DNA from: Eledone cirrhosa
Taxonomy: Eukaryota
Direction of reading: 5' to 3'
Length of the DNA: 64,000 nucleotides
Assembly (NCBI GenBank): GCA_964016885.1
Contig: OZ024745.1
Coordinates: forward strand, 120,094,001-120,158,000
In this document: positions 1-14,439 of the stretch, piece by piece
Layout of the letters: each line of letters starts with the position of its first letter
Position numbering within the stretch: position 1 is the first letter of the stretch
Translations under genes and position numbers: made by a program
Notes under the pieces: model-generated
What the model was told of the DNA's origin: nothing
Databases searched by the model: none
What the model saw: the letters and a program-made list of their open reading frames with translations, nothing else

Positions 1-249
1 GGTTCTATTTTCGAAGAAGAAAGATCCGCCATTTAGAGTTCAAACCAGGCCACCTCCCCGAGTTGAACTCTGGGCAACATTGACTGTCTATTACTGAATA
101 AATTTTTGTGTCATATAATTTGTTGTTTTATTATTATAGCTGACCACTTATAGATAAGCATGTTATCCATATTAATTTGGCATTTGTATAAACCATTTCA
201 AGTAAATAGGGACCTTTTTTCCATTGACTGACATCTTTTATATTAATTA

Positions 250-607
250 TCTATATCTATATCTACATATAATATAAAAGATTGGAACTTCCATCATCCT
301 TTTGAGAAACGTGAAACAACCACGTCTATGCATTGATACACGTTTTACAGTCAGGCAGAAGATGAACCATCTTCTAGAGGTCACTATTCTAGGTGGGAGC
401 ACCTAGAATTGTTCATATACTATGCACAAACGGTACAACGAAGAATCTGGTATATCTGGAAGATTTTTTTACTGTTTTTTGTATCACACAGACACCACGG
501 ACTCGCCTCATACTGTAACCAGACAAATATCCAATACAGTCATTTTCTCTTTTACCTGTCTTCTCTTATCATCTGTTTACCCGGGCGAAGCTGGGTACGT
601 CAGCTAG
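250..607 (+). mobile_element. Non-autonomous Helitron-like element
   Basis: Starts a|TCTATATCTATATC...AATATAAAAG. Ends with hairpin TACCCGGGC-GAA-GCTGGGTA (578-597) 6 nt before CTAG|t (604-607). A/T insertion site, no TSD. Confidence 0.7.
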
Positions 608-623
608 TATATATATAAAATAC

Positions 624-860
624 AATATGTTGAAAAGGTAACACACTAAAGAGAGATAGTGTGCCATCAATAAAACAGGGAAAACCACCAGTGTATGGAG
701 TCTATAATCTATGGAAGGCAGGGTAGACACACAATAATTAAAAATATAAATTACAATGTATATACGCACCTTTATAACTATATAAGACACATCACCAGAG
801 GGCGTTAGCCCCCCGGTGTTTGCATAGCTACGGCTTCCTAAAACTGTATTTCTTTGGAGA
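624..860. repeat. Interspersed repeat in TA tract (second copy 41118-41226)
   Basis: AATATGTTGAAAAGGTAACACAC...CCACCAGTGTATGG shared with 41118-41226. Internal hairpin CACCAGAGGG/CCCCCGGTG at about 793-818. Confidence 0.55.
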
Positions 861-885
861 TACAAAATATATATATATATATATA

Positions 886-1055
886 TCACAGAAAAAAAGA
901 GAATCAGTGTTGCGACGAATGGAATTTATTGGGCATATTACAATCGTTTCTCTGGCGACCAGCTCGAGGCACGATCGATGGGATGATTGAACCTGACTCT
1001 GAAAATTGCAAGGTCCTCAGATACGTCTTGATTCTACGAAACATATTTTCCTATA
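886..1055. mobile_element. PLE-type pLTR fragment with the 3' half of a hammerhead
   Basis: Minus strand reads GAAA-C-GATT-G-TA-atatgc (950-933). Flanked by (TA)n on both sides. Confidence 0.4.
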
Positions 1056-1062
1056 TGCATAT

Positions 1063-1095
<33 letters not shown>

Positions 1096-1097
<2 letters not shown>

Positions 1098-1288
1098 GGA
1101 AAAAGTATGACCCCCAACGGTAGAGCTCAAGCCGTTTCGATGGCTATTTCAGGTCCAGAAATAGCCGTCGAAACGGCTTGAGCTCTGCCGTCGGGGTCAG
1201 ACTTTTTCCTATTACCCATTCTACTACCCTAAGTATTGAGTACTCTGGTGCGTTATGGCCCATCTGGTTCCTTACCACATTTTCTTCG

Positions 1289-1290
<2 letters not shown>
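1096..1290 (+). mobile_element. Family D palindromic pLTR element (inverted arm + tail)
   Basis: Near-perfect palindrome 1096-1211 centred at about 1153, then a unique tail with ATTCTAC...TTGAGTAC. Contains the HHR 3' half GAAA-CGGC-TTGAGCTCT-GCCG-TC-GGGGT (1170-1197). Other copies: 10626, 14440, 24660/25010, 29188, 35028, 6860. Confidence 0.8.
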
Positions 1291-1830
<540 letters not shown>

Positions 1831-2495
1831 CATATATATATATATATATATATCTGCTTTGCTTTTGTAAACAACAAAATGTTAATGTAGTTTAATTTCG
1901 TTGACATCGTTGTATGTATTCTACTTGAATTCATACATCTGTATTTGTTATCAAGTCTACATTCTATTTCTGCTATAGTGTGGTACAAATAGTAAATGAT
2001 TCGATGATTTGAATATAGATTTAATTACAAGTACAATATATTCTATTTGAACACCATTCGCTGTGTATTTAACCATTTGTTACTATGATGGTTATTTATT
2101 TTACCGATGGATATATTATACTAATCTAAAATACTAACTTCTATAATGTTATTTTTTTAAGTGGACGTATTTTAATTATTTTAAATCTTAAATATTTTTA
2201 GCTAATACAGAAAAGGATTTAGCTACTTACATTATTCATGGAGGGGTGGTGGGTATTTTTCGTTCTCTTGAATATCTTAATTCCTGGGTTATATATACAG
2301 GATATAATGAGAGAACAAGTCAGACTAATCTGCTCGCAAATGCGCCGTCATTGTATAGATTTATCATGGAGTAAACTAATGAAATTTCTGTAAAACAAAC
2401 TAATAATAATTTCTTGAGATTAATTTATACATGGGTTGAAATTCGTTGTTGAGAAACAGCATATATGATGGAACCTGATATATATAGTGGGGTTC

Positions 2496-2930
2496 ACAAT
2501 TCTACATTAGTGTCTTTGTAAAACACCCACAAAATTATTAACCATCTTGCCAACAACAACCCTGAGCACCTTTTTGAATTCCATGTGTCTAACACACGTG
2601 GGCATGCCAACAATGACAGAAAACAGCAGAGCTCCGATGACTTTCGGGAATATTTTTTCACGCTCAAAGTTGCTGAAGCATGGAACAAACTACTTGCATC
2701 AGTTGTTAGTTGCCGAGACACTGCATTCTTTAAAACCCCCATGCTTCCTGAGATTCACCAACACTACACCTGATATTCCCTCTCCATACACACGTACACA
2801 TGTATATCATGACCCATACACTGTTCACTTCCTGACATTTGTACATTATTCTATCTACTATACATGCACCTTTGATGCGTTGTAGTGCACCTGAGCACTG
2901 TACCCAATAATTTCATTATTATTATTATTA
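2496..2930 (+). mobile_element. CR1/L2-group LINE 3' fragment
   Basis: Translates to NTRGH...FREYFFTLKVAEAWNKL..SVV...FK, the typical CR1 ORF2 C-terminus. Ends in an (ATT)n tail. Confidence 0.75.
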
Positions 2931-3012
2931 TATGGTGTCTCAAATTCGGCTGTTCAATTTATTATATTGATAGGCATATAGATTCATTATTGATTCTAAC
3001 TAATTAGCACGA

Positions 3013-3220
3013 TGGATTCGTAGTATCGATAGAGCGCGTGATAACATGCTTCGCAACATAGAGTCACGTCCCTTTATGTTCTGAAATCCAATCCTGTCAA
3101 GGTTAGCTTTGCCTTTCATCCTTACGGAGTCGATAAAATAAAGCACCAGTAATGCACTGGGGTTGATTTAATCGACTTTCCCCTCCCTCAAAATTGCTGG
3201 CCTTGTGCCGAAATCAGAAG
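3013..3220 (+). mobile_element. tRNA-derived SINE, main family
   Basis: Degenerate A/B-box head, core CTTTGCCTTTCATCCTTACGG.GTCGATAAAATAAAG.ACCAGT, and tail AATTGCTGGCCTTGTGCC. Confidence 0.85.
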
Positions 3221-3427
3221 ATGATCTCCGACTAGCAAACGATAGATTTGACCCCATTTTGGTGGCGTTGGATAGAAAGAGATGATATGTCTCATCAAAT
3301 ACGGTAGTAATACTAAATTAGAAGAGTTTGAATTGGGGACGGTGGCTTCTGACAGAACCAGCTGGAATAAGAAGAAGAAGTAGAACAAGAAGAAGAAGTA
3401 GAAGAAGAAATGCTACCACATAAATTA

Positions 3428-3575
3428 TAATTGTTTCTACTTTTGGCACAAGGCCAGCAATTATCCCAGTACATATTTGGTACTTTATTTTATCGACCCC
3501 GTAAGGATGAAAGTCAAAGTAAACCTCGGCAGGATTTGAACACAGAACGAAAAGGGCCATAACTCTATGCTGCAA
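3428..3575 (-). mobile_element. SINE, main family
   Basis: Reverse complement of the core (TTTATCGACCCCGTAAGGATGAAA...CCTCGGC.GGATTTGAAC). Confidence 0.85.
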
Positions 3576-4929
3576 AGGCCCTTTTCGTTTTTTGTTCAAA
3601 TCCCACCGAGGATAAAATAAAATTCGCCGGAGGTAGATTAGCCAAATTTAATAAGCAGGGGTGGAATAAGAGCGGCGAGGTGAGGAAAAATAATCATCAA
3701 TAATTGTTTTGTGAGGAAGGTGATTATTGGAGTCCCGAGAGTACGTTGACATGAATTCACTGAAGTATTGTAATGTTGTGTGTTGTACTGAGAGGTGAAA
3801 TAACGTCTAATACTGTTTTTGTTTTTTTGGTTTGTTTGTTTTTTGTTTTGTTTATTTATGTATTGTTTTTGTCAGATTTGGTAAACATCACAAGAAAATT
3901 CCTTTTCAACGTTTCTATCACGCTTAGCACTTCTAAAACTTATTCTTTATTTAGTTTCTTGCTCAACAAATTACGCCACTTAAATTTTAATTTCAAATCC
4001 TTTCATTGTCAGAATTTCCACTCTATAATTAAACATTGATTTTAAAAAATCATTTCATCATTTCAACATTAATAAATTCATTGACAGTCATTGAATGCAG
4101 CGATTTTAGAAGCTTCTGTTAAATACTGAATCTTAGGTTTTGTCTATATTAACAACACTTTAATTACTTTAATTAATCATAAATGTTTGAAGAGTGATTT
4201 TGTTATGAATAAAATTAAACATTTGTACGCGCACCTAACTTTGGACTAATTTAAGGCAACAGTATATAGTGTAACAGATGTTTTAATTAATTACGATTAG
4301 ATAAATTTCTTTCCTGTATTCGTTTCAGCTACCTGCCTTCCCAGTTCAACTCCCGCCGGTGACTGATTTGCCTTTCATCTTTTCTAGTTCGATAAATTAT
4401 CTACTGGGGCGATACTTCCTCTTTTTCTCTTTCTCACTTCCTCTCTATCACTCTGTCGTTTTGGGGGAGAAATCAGCTGTGTTCAGAGGGATGGGCTTCG
4501 CCGGATTTTAAAGGCCTAAGAAACACCGTATGTCCCTACGGCGTTCCTACAATTCCATCATGAGTTAGGGGCTCAAACATAGAGTCAAATCTTATAACAC
4601 GAATATGTGTTGCCTTGTGCGAAAATGAGAGGTACGTCTATAATTTGTATTGCGCTGGTTGTTATTAAAATTGTTTTAGTTGAGGGTGGCAGAGTTTGTA
4701 GAGCGGCAGGGAATGGGATATAGAGTTATGTCTCTTTACGTTCTGTTAACATTGTTCAGGTGTCAATAACATCAAGTACCAGCTATAACTGCCATCGACA
4801 AGAACATTAGTGTACCTGTGGTTAATATACAAACAGTACGCACTGGGGTCGACATAATTGACTTCCCTTCTCCTTATTGTTAGCCTTGTGCCTAAATCAG
4901 AAACCATTAATACAAAGTCTTTTTAGGCC

Positions 4930-5320
4930 AGTGGATTGGCAGTATCGGTAGAACGTTGGACAATATGCTTTGCGGCATAGAGTTATGTCCCTTAACGTTA
5001 TGAGTTCAAATCTTGCTGAGGTTGGCTTTGCCTTTCATCCTCATGTTGTCGATAAAATAAAGTACCAGTAACGCACTGGGGTCGATTTAATCGACTTTTT
5101 CCTCCACTTCAAATTTCTGGTCTTGTGCCTAGGGGATTGGCAGTATCAGCAGAATGGTCGGACGCCATGCTTTGACGCATAGAGTTACGGCCCTTGCCAT
5201 TCTGAGTTCAAATCCCGCCAAGATTAACTTTGCTTTTCATCTTTACGGGGTCAATAAAATAAAGTACCAGTAATGCACTGGGGTAATTGCTGGCCTTGTG
5301 CCAAAAGTAGAAACAATTAT
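4930..5320 (+). mobile_element. Two tandem SINEs, main family
   Basis: Copies at about 4930-5130 and 5132-5320, each with a TGGCAGTATC head, a GAGTTCAAATC B box and the core. Confidence 0.85.
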
Positions 5321-5347
5321 TACTATTATTGTTGTATATATATTTCC

Positions 5348-5422
<75 letters not shown>

Positions 5423-5427
5423 CATAC

Positions 5428-5600
<173 letters not shown>

Positions 5601-5697
5601 TATATATCCAAGTATCCACTTCCGTGGATTACCCTCCGATTAATTGGTGAAATATATTTCTTTAATGGAATATATACAGGGAAGATTAATCATATTA

Positions 5698-5828
5698 TAA
5701 GGTATCTACTTTTGAAGTTCTAGTCAACTTTATTTAGTTACCTACCTAGCTATGTGTGGTTACACACTTGTAAAATTATCTCCTGTGATTATTCATGTTT
5801 ATTTGTATGTTAATCAATTTCTAGTTAT
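5698..5828. repeat. Interspersed repeat (inverted copy 41518-41652)
   Basis: AAGGTATCTA.TTTTGAAGTTCT.GTCAACTTTATTTAGTTACCTACCTAGCTATGTGTG... matches the reverse complement at 41518-41652. Confidence 0.7.
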
Positions 5829-5831
5829 TCT

Positions 5832-5883
<52 letters not shown>

Positions 5884-5899
5884 TTAATTATACTATTTA

Positions 5900-6830
<931 letters not shown>

Positions 6831-6915
6831 ATATATATATATATATATATATATATAAATGAAAATATTCAGGACCGCAACAGCTGAGCTCTGGCCGTTT
6901 CGACACCTAACCTTT

Positions 6916-6991
<76 letters not shown>

Positions 6992-7479
6992 GTGTGTGTG
7001 TGTGTATGTGTGTGTGTGTGTGTGTGTCTTTGTGCGCATACAAGCTTTAACAGATTTCTGCTGATATGAAGCACGTGTGCGGCGACGTTCGATCAGTATA
7101 ATATCCATTTAAATGGTTTCATCAATTACTCTAATGAATTGGTTTATGGATATTAATGAGTTCTAACTTATGCACGCGATCATAAATATTAAATGACAGT
7201 CGTTTGAATCGGTGAGGCTAAAATAACAATAACAACAACAACAGCAACAGTAGCCAGTCACACGTGTTTCAGATATAGCGATTTAAGTCAGGATGGGAAG
7301 TAAAATAGGTTTTATCAGATTTGAAATTTGAACGTATCGTAAACACACATAGAACGTATAAAACAACAAGGAGCACTGAGTAGAATTACATGGATTTTTG
7401 AGTCAGTAAAAGCCAATCAGATTGGCTTAGTATTTGTCTGGTATTTATGTAATTGATATTTCAGAATCTAAGAGATACC

Positions 7480-8150
7480 AGCACCGACTTGCATAAATGT
7501 CACTGCGGATCCTCGGTGGACTCTTTTGGCCTCCACCTGTTTTCCTTTCGCTACAGTGCCGGCCGCTTTCCATCCCATGCCGCCCTCAACGAGGTCATAA
7601 AGCATGGCTTGAATGCTGAAGGCTTCCCCTCCCGGCTGGAGCCGGTGGGGCTGGACCGAGTGGACGTCAAAAGACCAGACAGTATGACCATCTTCCCGTT
7701 ACGTGGTGGCAAACCCCTTGTCTAGGATTCCACTTGCAGCGACACATTCTCCAGTCGCAACCTAGTGGAGTCTGCGACTAACCCTGCTTCTGCTGCACTT
7801 CGGGCTGGTGAGGGCAAACTCTCCAAGTATCGGTCGCTCTGCGACACGTTTGCGGTCGTGCCCTTGGCAGTGGAGACTTCTGGTGTCCTTGGCCCTAGGG
7901 CTACTTCCCTACTCACCACCATAGCCTCGCGAGATTGAATGGCTCTTCCAGCGCATCTCGCTTTCCATCCTCCGGGGAAACGGCTTCTCCATTCTGTTCA
8001 CCGGGGCCATGGAGCGTCCAGCACGTGGGACCCCATTTTCTCATAATACAGAGAGATGGGGAGGGCGAGAGAGACGGAAGTGATGGCAGTGGGAGTTCGG
8101 CTCTTCCGTGTTCGGACCTGGTGAGCAGCGTCAATTGTCCCTAGTGAGGT
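7480..8150 (+). mobile_element. CRE-clade non-LTR retrotransposon 3' fragment (Zn knuckle + restriction-like endonuclease, RLE), decayed
   Basis: CHCG..VD..GLH...H..LNEVI...LEPVGL...KRPD.MTIFP..GGKPLV*DSTC.DT...KY..L...VPLAVETSGVLGP...WLFQRISLSILRGN. A second 3'-end copy lies at about 8540-8720. Confidence 0.8.
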
Positions 8151-8854
8151 AGTGGTTTATACTTAACGAAGGTGTTTAGAACCTTGTGTTTGCGATTCCT
8201 ATATGTATTATGAAGAAGTATGAGCCTCCTCTATTTAGCTTGCTTAGAATCTGCTTCTTTAGCTAAAGTAAAGTAAATGGACTGACAAATGATTTGACTT
8301 GTCCTGTTGATGGCTTGCAAGCCAGTTGAAATTGTTGAAAAGTAAAGAATGGAATAAAATGTCCTCCGTATTTCCTGCGGAGACAACAATACATACAATT
8401 ATTCATTTATGTCTGTCAACTGTGTCACCCAGCTGTTCTACCAACTCCAACCGGCTTAGTACTTGGCTTGTATTGATGTAAATGACAATGGAAGGGCAAG
8501 TCAGCCCCTTCTTCATTTGGTTTCAGAATGCAAGAGACATAACCGGGGAAACACCTTCTCCATTCTGTCGGCCGGGGCTGTGGGGCGGCCACCACATGTG
8601 ACCCCATTTGCCCGCTATACAGAGAGATGGGAGGGCGGTAGAGATGGAGGCTATGACGGTGGGAGTTCGGCTTTTCTGTGCTCATTTAATTCTTTATTTA
8701 CATTGCACTGACTTGTCACTGGATATGTAACTAAGTAAATAACATTGTCATTTAATCCTGTCAACTGTGCCACCCAGTTGTCCTACCAACTGCAATAACA
8801 ATAACAACATTAATAGTAAGGCTTTTAACGTAATTTCGTTTGACTATACGAGAT

Positions 8855-9192
8855 TAGATTGACTTCAGTATACCATAGATATATATTTTATCGACCCCAG
8901 AAGTATGAAAAACAAGATCAACGTCTGTGGTATTAGGACTCAGAACCTAAAGGGACATAACGTTACTGATTCTGTTACTCATTGCCATAAGAACGACCAT
9001 ATTAATAATTGTTTCTACTTTTGGCGCAAGGCCAGCAATTACCCAGTACATTACTGATACTTTATTTTATCGACCCCGTAAGGATGAAAGGCAAAGTTAA
9101 CCTCGGCGGGATTTGAACTCAGATCGTAAATGGCCGTAACTATGCTGGAAAGCATGTCCGACCCTCTACCGATACTGCCAATTCATCGCCTA

Positions 9193-9229
<37 letters not shown>

Positions 9230-10068
9230 GCTGAAGCTAGGTATGGGACTATAGTCACTACCTTAAATTCTTAGCTAAAGGCCTTCAAAGTGTTTTTAAA
9301 TAAACATACAGTATATTATTAAATATACATCGTTATTTCAGAGGTCCAATATAAATATATATAATTGTTTCTACTTTAGGCACAAGGCCAGCAAAAATCC
9401 AGTGCATTACTGGTACTTTATTTTAACGACCCCCGTAAGGATGAAAGGCAAAATCAACCTCGGCGGGATTTGAACTCAGATCGTAAAGGGGCGTAACTAT
9501 GCTGGAAAGCATGGCGTCCGACTCTCTACCGATACTGCCAATCCACCGCCCTTCCAATCCAACAGAAATATATATAACAACCAGCATTAAGATTAAATCA
9601 TTTAAACGATTGGCGAACGTTCCCATTAAAATAACAGGAATATTCGTTCCTGTTATAATAATCACTTCAGAATTTATTAAATAATATTAGCATTTACCAA
9701 CACATGTCTGTAACAATAAATGTAAACAAACCCAAAATACGGTTGGGAAAACGTTAATAAGTTATGGAAGTCTAAATACACAATTAGGAATTTATTTGTA
9801 ATAAAGATATATCGTGCAGTAACTAAATATATAATAAATTGTTACACACTGATATACGTATACTACACACTAAAATAATTGTTTCTACTTTTGGCGCAAG
9901 GCCCACAATTATACCAGTGTATTACTGGTACTTTATTTTATCGACCCCGTAAGGATGAAAGGCAAAGTTAACCTCGGCGGGATTTGAACTCAGACCATAA
10001 AGGACCGTAACTCCTTGCTGCAAAGCGTGGCGTCAGGCTCTCTAGCGATACTGCAAATCCACTGCCCT
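8855..10068 (-). mobile_element. Cluster of four main-family SINEs
   Basis: Copies at about 8855-8990 (decayed), 9005-9190, 9362-9551 and 9876-10068. Confidence 0.85.
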
Positions 10069-10311
10069 ACACGCTAAAATAATCTAAGTAAAAAGAATTA
10101 TAAAATTAACATTAATTGAATATATTTAGAAAAACAATACAAATATTATGAAAGATAACTTGACTAATAATTATATCAATAGTTTTTTAAAATAAATAGT
10201 GATGAGTAAGTATAAATTAAATCGGACACATTCATATATATACTCATAAGAATAATACACACATACATTCAATATACATATATAAAAATATATATATATA
10301 TATGTATTTTT

Positions 10312-10582
10312 AACCGTTGGTCAATCAATGATAAACATTGATTGGCAGATATATTAACTATGGGGATATAAAATATACAGAAGCAAAAACCAATCCAAAC
10401 CAAACATGGAGTGTGTTCTGTTATTATTTCTGGTAATAAAGTACCAGTAATCTACTGGCTTATTGCTGGATTTGAGCCAAAAGTAGAAACAATTATTATT
10501 TCTGGCAATATTATAAAAATATGACCCTCCCAAAATATAACAATATACATATACATGTATATATATATATTTTAATAAATAA

Positions 10583-10629
<47 letters not shown>

Positions 10630-10812
10630 AACAAGTAAGACCCCGAAGGCTGAGCTCAAGCCGTTTCGACGGCTAATTCTGAATTAGCCGTCGAAACGGC
10701 TTGAGCTCAGCCGTCGGAGTCTTACTTGTTCCTATTACCCACTCTACTACCCTAAGTATTGAGTACTTTGGTGCGTTATGGTCCACCTGGTTCCTTACCA
10801 CATTTCCTTCGT

Positions 10813-10845
<33 letters not shown>

Positions 10846-11139
10846 ATACTTGGGGAGGGTCATATTTGTGTAATAATATTGCCAGAATTAATAACAGAAC
10901 ACACTCACTGTTTGGTTGGTTTTCGTTTCTGTATCTTTTATATCAGTTAATTTAATTTATTCGGTCCTCAATGTTACCACTAACTGACCAACGGTCAAAA
11001 ATACAGATATAATATAGACAAAAACACATATATATAGTCTAACAAAGTTCTTTCGTTGCAGATCTGCAACATCGTCAGTGGTGCTATTATGTTTCCTCCT
11101 GTTGTATTGTATGCCTACGCCATCTTGAATTCATCGCCG
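10312..11139. mobile_element. Family J copies (10312-10543, 10840-11139) flanking a family D palindrome (10626-10813)
   Basis: J end TGACCCTCCCCAAGTATAACAAT, also at 23310-23563 and 51133-51583, with a related element at 13720-14038. D palindrome centred at about 10680 with tail ACTCTAC...TTGAGTAC. Confidence 0.75.
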
Positions 11140-11140
11140 T

Positions 11141-11259
<119 letters not shown>

Positions 11260-11370
11260 GTGAGGTTCTTTTTTACAAAATGAAAAATAACCGAGGTGTC
11301 CTACACGAGTGAAAGTATAAAGAAAAAGAGATGAAATCGAAAATGCAACTGGAGTCTTATTTTTTTTTTT

Positions 11371-11416
<46 letters not shown>

Positions 11417-11575
11417 TATATATATCGTCTGTCTACCAGCATGTCATGAAAACATGATACTTCTCATATGTATTTTGTGTGAAGAGGACATGTTTTGGTT
11501 TATGTTATACATAAAAGTATGCATCGTCGAAATATAATGAGATAAATAGAGATGATATAAAGTATATATCTTTCG

Positions 11576-11625
<50 letters not shown>

Positions 11626-11842
11626 CATATATATATATTTAAGGAGACGCACACACATACTTACACATGTACACATACACACACGTATAAATATGTATAC
11701 ATATATATACATGATGGCTGCTCCCTCGTTATCAAGTATGGCCATTGCACGAAAAAAATGCCATAATAATAACAATAATAATAATAACAACAATAATAAT
11801 AACGAGAACAACAACAATAATAATATACATATATATATATAA

Positions 11843-12180
11843 CCCTACCGATGCGCTGAACGAGTGTGACCTTTTAGTCCAGCCAGCGACTTGAAAACTC
11901 TGGTACAAACACTACACTTGACACAGTGCTGGGCCCATGGTACCCTGTGATGACAAGTGCAGAGAGATCTCCAGATATAAAACAATGTCTATGCCGTGGA
12001 GCTTTTATAGTGAGCAAAGGCACTGCACAAAGCCAGTCCCACTCTTTTAACCAAGATGATATTTACCAAAAAGAAGAACAAGTCAACATCATTGGATACC
12101 ATCAGGGTTGCAGGTGTTATATCAGAGTTTTCCTTCTCCTAGAATTCTACCTTGACAAAGGCTAAGGCGTCATCTCTCCC
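11843..12180 (-). mobile_element. Fragment of the non-autonomous RTE-derived element (see 40373-40984)
   Basis: Close reverse complement of 40575-40929. Confidence 0.7.
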
Positions 12181-12237
12181 ATACATACATGCATGCATAC
12201 ATACATACATACATACATACATACATACATACATACA

Positions 12238-12269
<32 letters not shown>

Positions 12270-12398
12270 GATGCGTATGAGCAAGACATGGTCACCTGAC
12301 CAGATGTGTCTCATAACGTGACAACCCGTCCAGCATGGTAAATAGGCGCTAAAAAGCTTTCTCCGATATTGTATTTATATATATATATATATACATAT

Positions 12399-12460
<62 letters not shown>

Positions 12461-12889
12461 AGAGAAAGAGGGAAAGAGAGAATATTACCAAAGTTGATTG
12501 CCAATATTTCTGTTATTTGATATATGTTTATTATTATTGTCACTGAATCCGAATTGTGTCCATATTACTTCTATATTTATATCCAGCAGGATATACACTG
12601 CTATTTTAATGTCATTTAAGAGCCTAACATATACGTAACGGTTATCTTCGTGTAATCCGAGATGTGCGTCAGTTGGATTCTAGGACCTTGATTGGTCAAT
12701 TTATATGCTTGCTTGTGTCTGGCTGGTTCGTCTTCAAATTTGATGTGATTTTTGTTGTGTTAACACTAGTCTGAGGTAGTCAGCGCGTCTGCTCTGGGGT
12801 GACATCCCAGATCACGATCCAGCTGCTTGGGAATCATTTGTAACCGAGTTGAGCAATAAATCTCATATGTAACACCTCCACTTTGTTCT

Positions 12890-12934
<45 letters not shown>

Positions 12935-12939
<5 letters not shown>

Positions 12940-13330
12940 CAATGAATGTCTGTCTGTGCCCCTAAAACTCAAGAACCACCCAACTGATTTTTTTCAAACT
13001 TTAAACATGTAATACTTATGGTGGTGTGAGTGTTTTGAGCAAAGATTATTTCAAATTTTCAGTGCCCTAGGGACCGCATTATGCGCCGGTTAGCGATCTC
13101 TCTCTCTTTCTTAGTCTGTCTTTTTAGATAGATACATCGCTATAACGTCGCGACCTTATAATATCTGTCTGTATGTGTGGCTGTCTGCATTACGACATTA
13201 TGAAAACATGAAACACAGAAGTAAATATTTCGAATAACGTTTCAACCGAAGGAAAACAGGAAGACGATACTTTGGTTCGTGAAGACGTTCCCTGGCAATG
13301 AACGGAAAAAAGCGAAGATAATAAGTCAGC
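12935..13330 (+). mobile_element. Helitron-like 5' segment
   Basis: (TA)n-ACAATGAATGTCTGTCTGT...AACTGATTTTTTTCAAACTT resembles non-autonomous Helitron 5' ends. A similar end lies on the minus strand at about 42840-42900. No 3' CTAG end was identified. Confidence 0.45.
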
Positions 13331-13413
13331 AATGAGAACAATATTTGCTGTAGGGTTCTTATATATTTGATATATATTTATCCTTATCGAGCCCTCTTTG
13401 GTTCAACTAACAC

Positions 13414-13480
<67 letters not shown>

Positions 13481-13515
13481 GTATAAGAATCAAAGAACTG
13501 TTCAAAACATTATTG

Positions 13516-13562
13516 TGCTTACAGCTGTTTCCTCCAAACCGAGGTTTGGATTCTTCGGAGCA
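13516..13562 (-). ncRNA. Type I hammerhead ribozyme, C4 core variant (family F)
   Basis: TGCT-CCGAAGA-A.TCCAAAC-CTCG-GTTTGGA.G-GAAA-C-AGCT-G-TA^AGCA, with palindromic loop 3 AGCT. Confidence 0.65.
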
Positions 13563-13683
13563 ATTTATTAATGCATGGACAGTTATATGACCTCCTTTTC
13601 AGCCGAGAGACATACCAATACATATTCAAACATTGATACATATTCAAACATTGTGGGTCAACATTCATTACAGAATTTAGAGT

Positions 13684-13719
<36 letters not shown>

Positions 13720-13721
<2 letters not shown>

Positions 13722-14031
13722 CGTTTCTGAATTTGTTTAGCAAGATTCTTTATCTGAAATCGTGTGTTGAAACCGATATTGTTATACTTTGGGAGGGTCA
13801 TGTTGCCAATAGGAAACACACGCACCAGTTGCTTTCACTTCAATTTATTATATATTTATAAATTTACAAATCTACAAACTTATAAATTTCTGGTTGGTTG
13901 GTTGGTTCCACAACCAGATAGTTGTTTATATATATAGTCATAGTCCTTTCGTCACACACCCTGTGACCTCTTTGAAGTGAAATCAACTGGTGCGTGTGTT
14001 TCTTATTGGCAACATGACCCTCCCAAAGTAT

Positions 14032-14038
<7 letters not shown>
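13720..14038. mobile_element. J-related inverted element
   Basis: Inverted repeats 13776-13843 / 13972-14038 (ATATTGTTATACTTTGGGAGGGTCATGTTGCCAATA...). Confidence 0.7.
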
Positions 14039-14075
<37 letters not shown>

Positions 14076-14309
14076 TATATATACATATATACACACACAC
14101 AGATAGCAATTCTTTGCTTAAACTTTAATCTGTTATTTCAATAAATATTTGCTCTCGGGTTCTTATATATTTAATATATATTTATTCTTATCTTTGGATT
14201 TTAGTCTTCACATTTATTATTATTACTATATATATATATATAATTGTTTCTAATGAAATATATGAAGAATAGAAATGGCTGTGTAGTTGCTATTTAATGT
14301 AACTTAACA

Positions 14310-14361
<52 letters not shown>

Positions 14362-14439
14362 GAAATATAAATATATATATATACATATATATATAAATAT
14401 ATATATATATTTATATTTGTTTATATATATATATATATA

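Noticed and set aside
12550-12875. Solo LTR (also 1-150)
   Set aside because: Only AATAAA and an ...ACA end; no partner copy or TSD was found.
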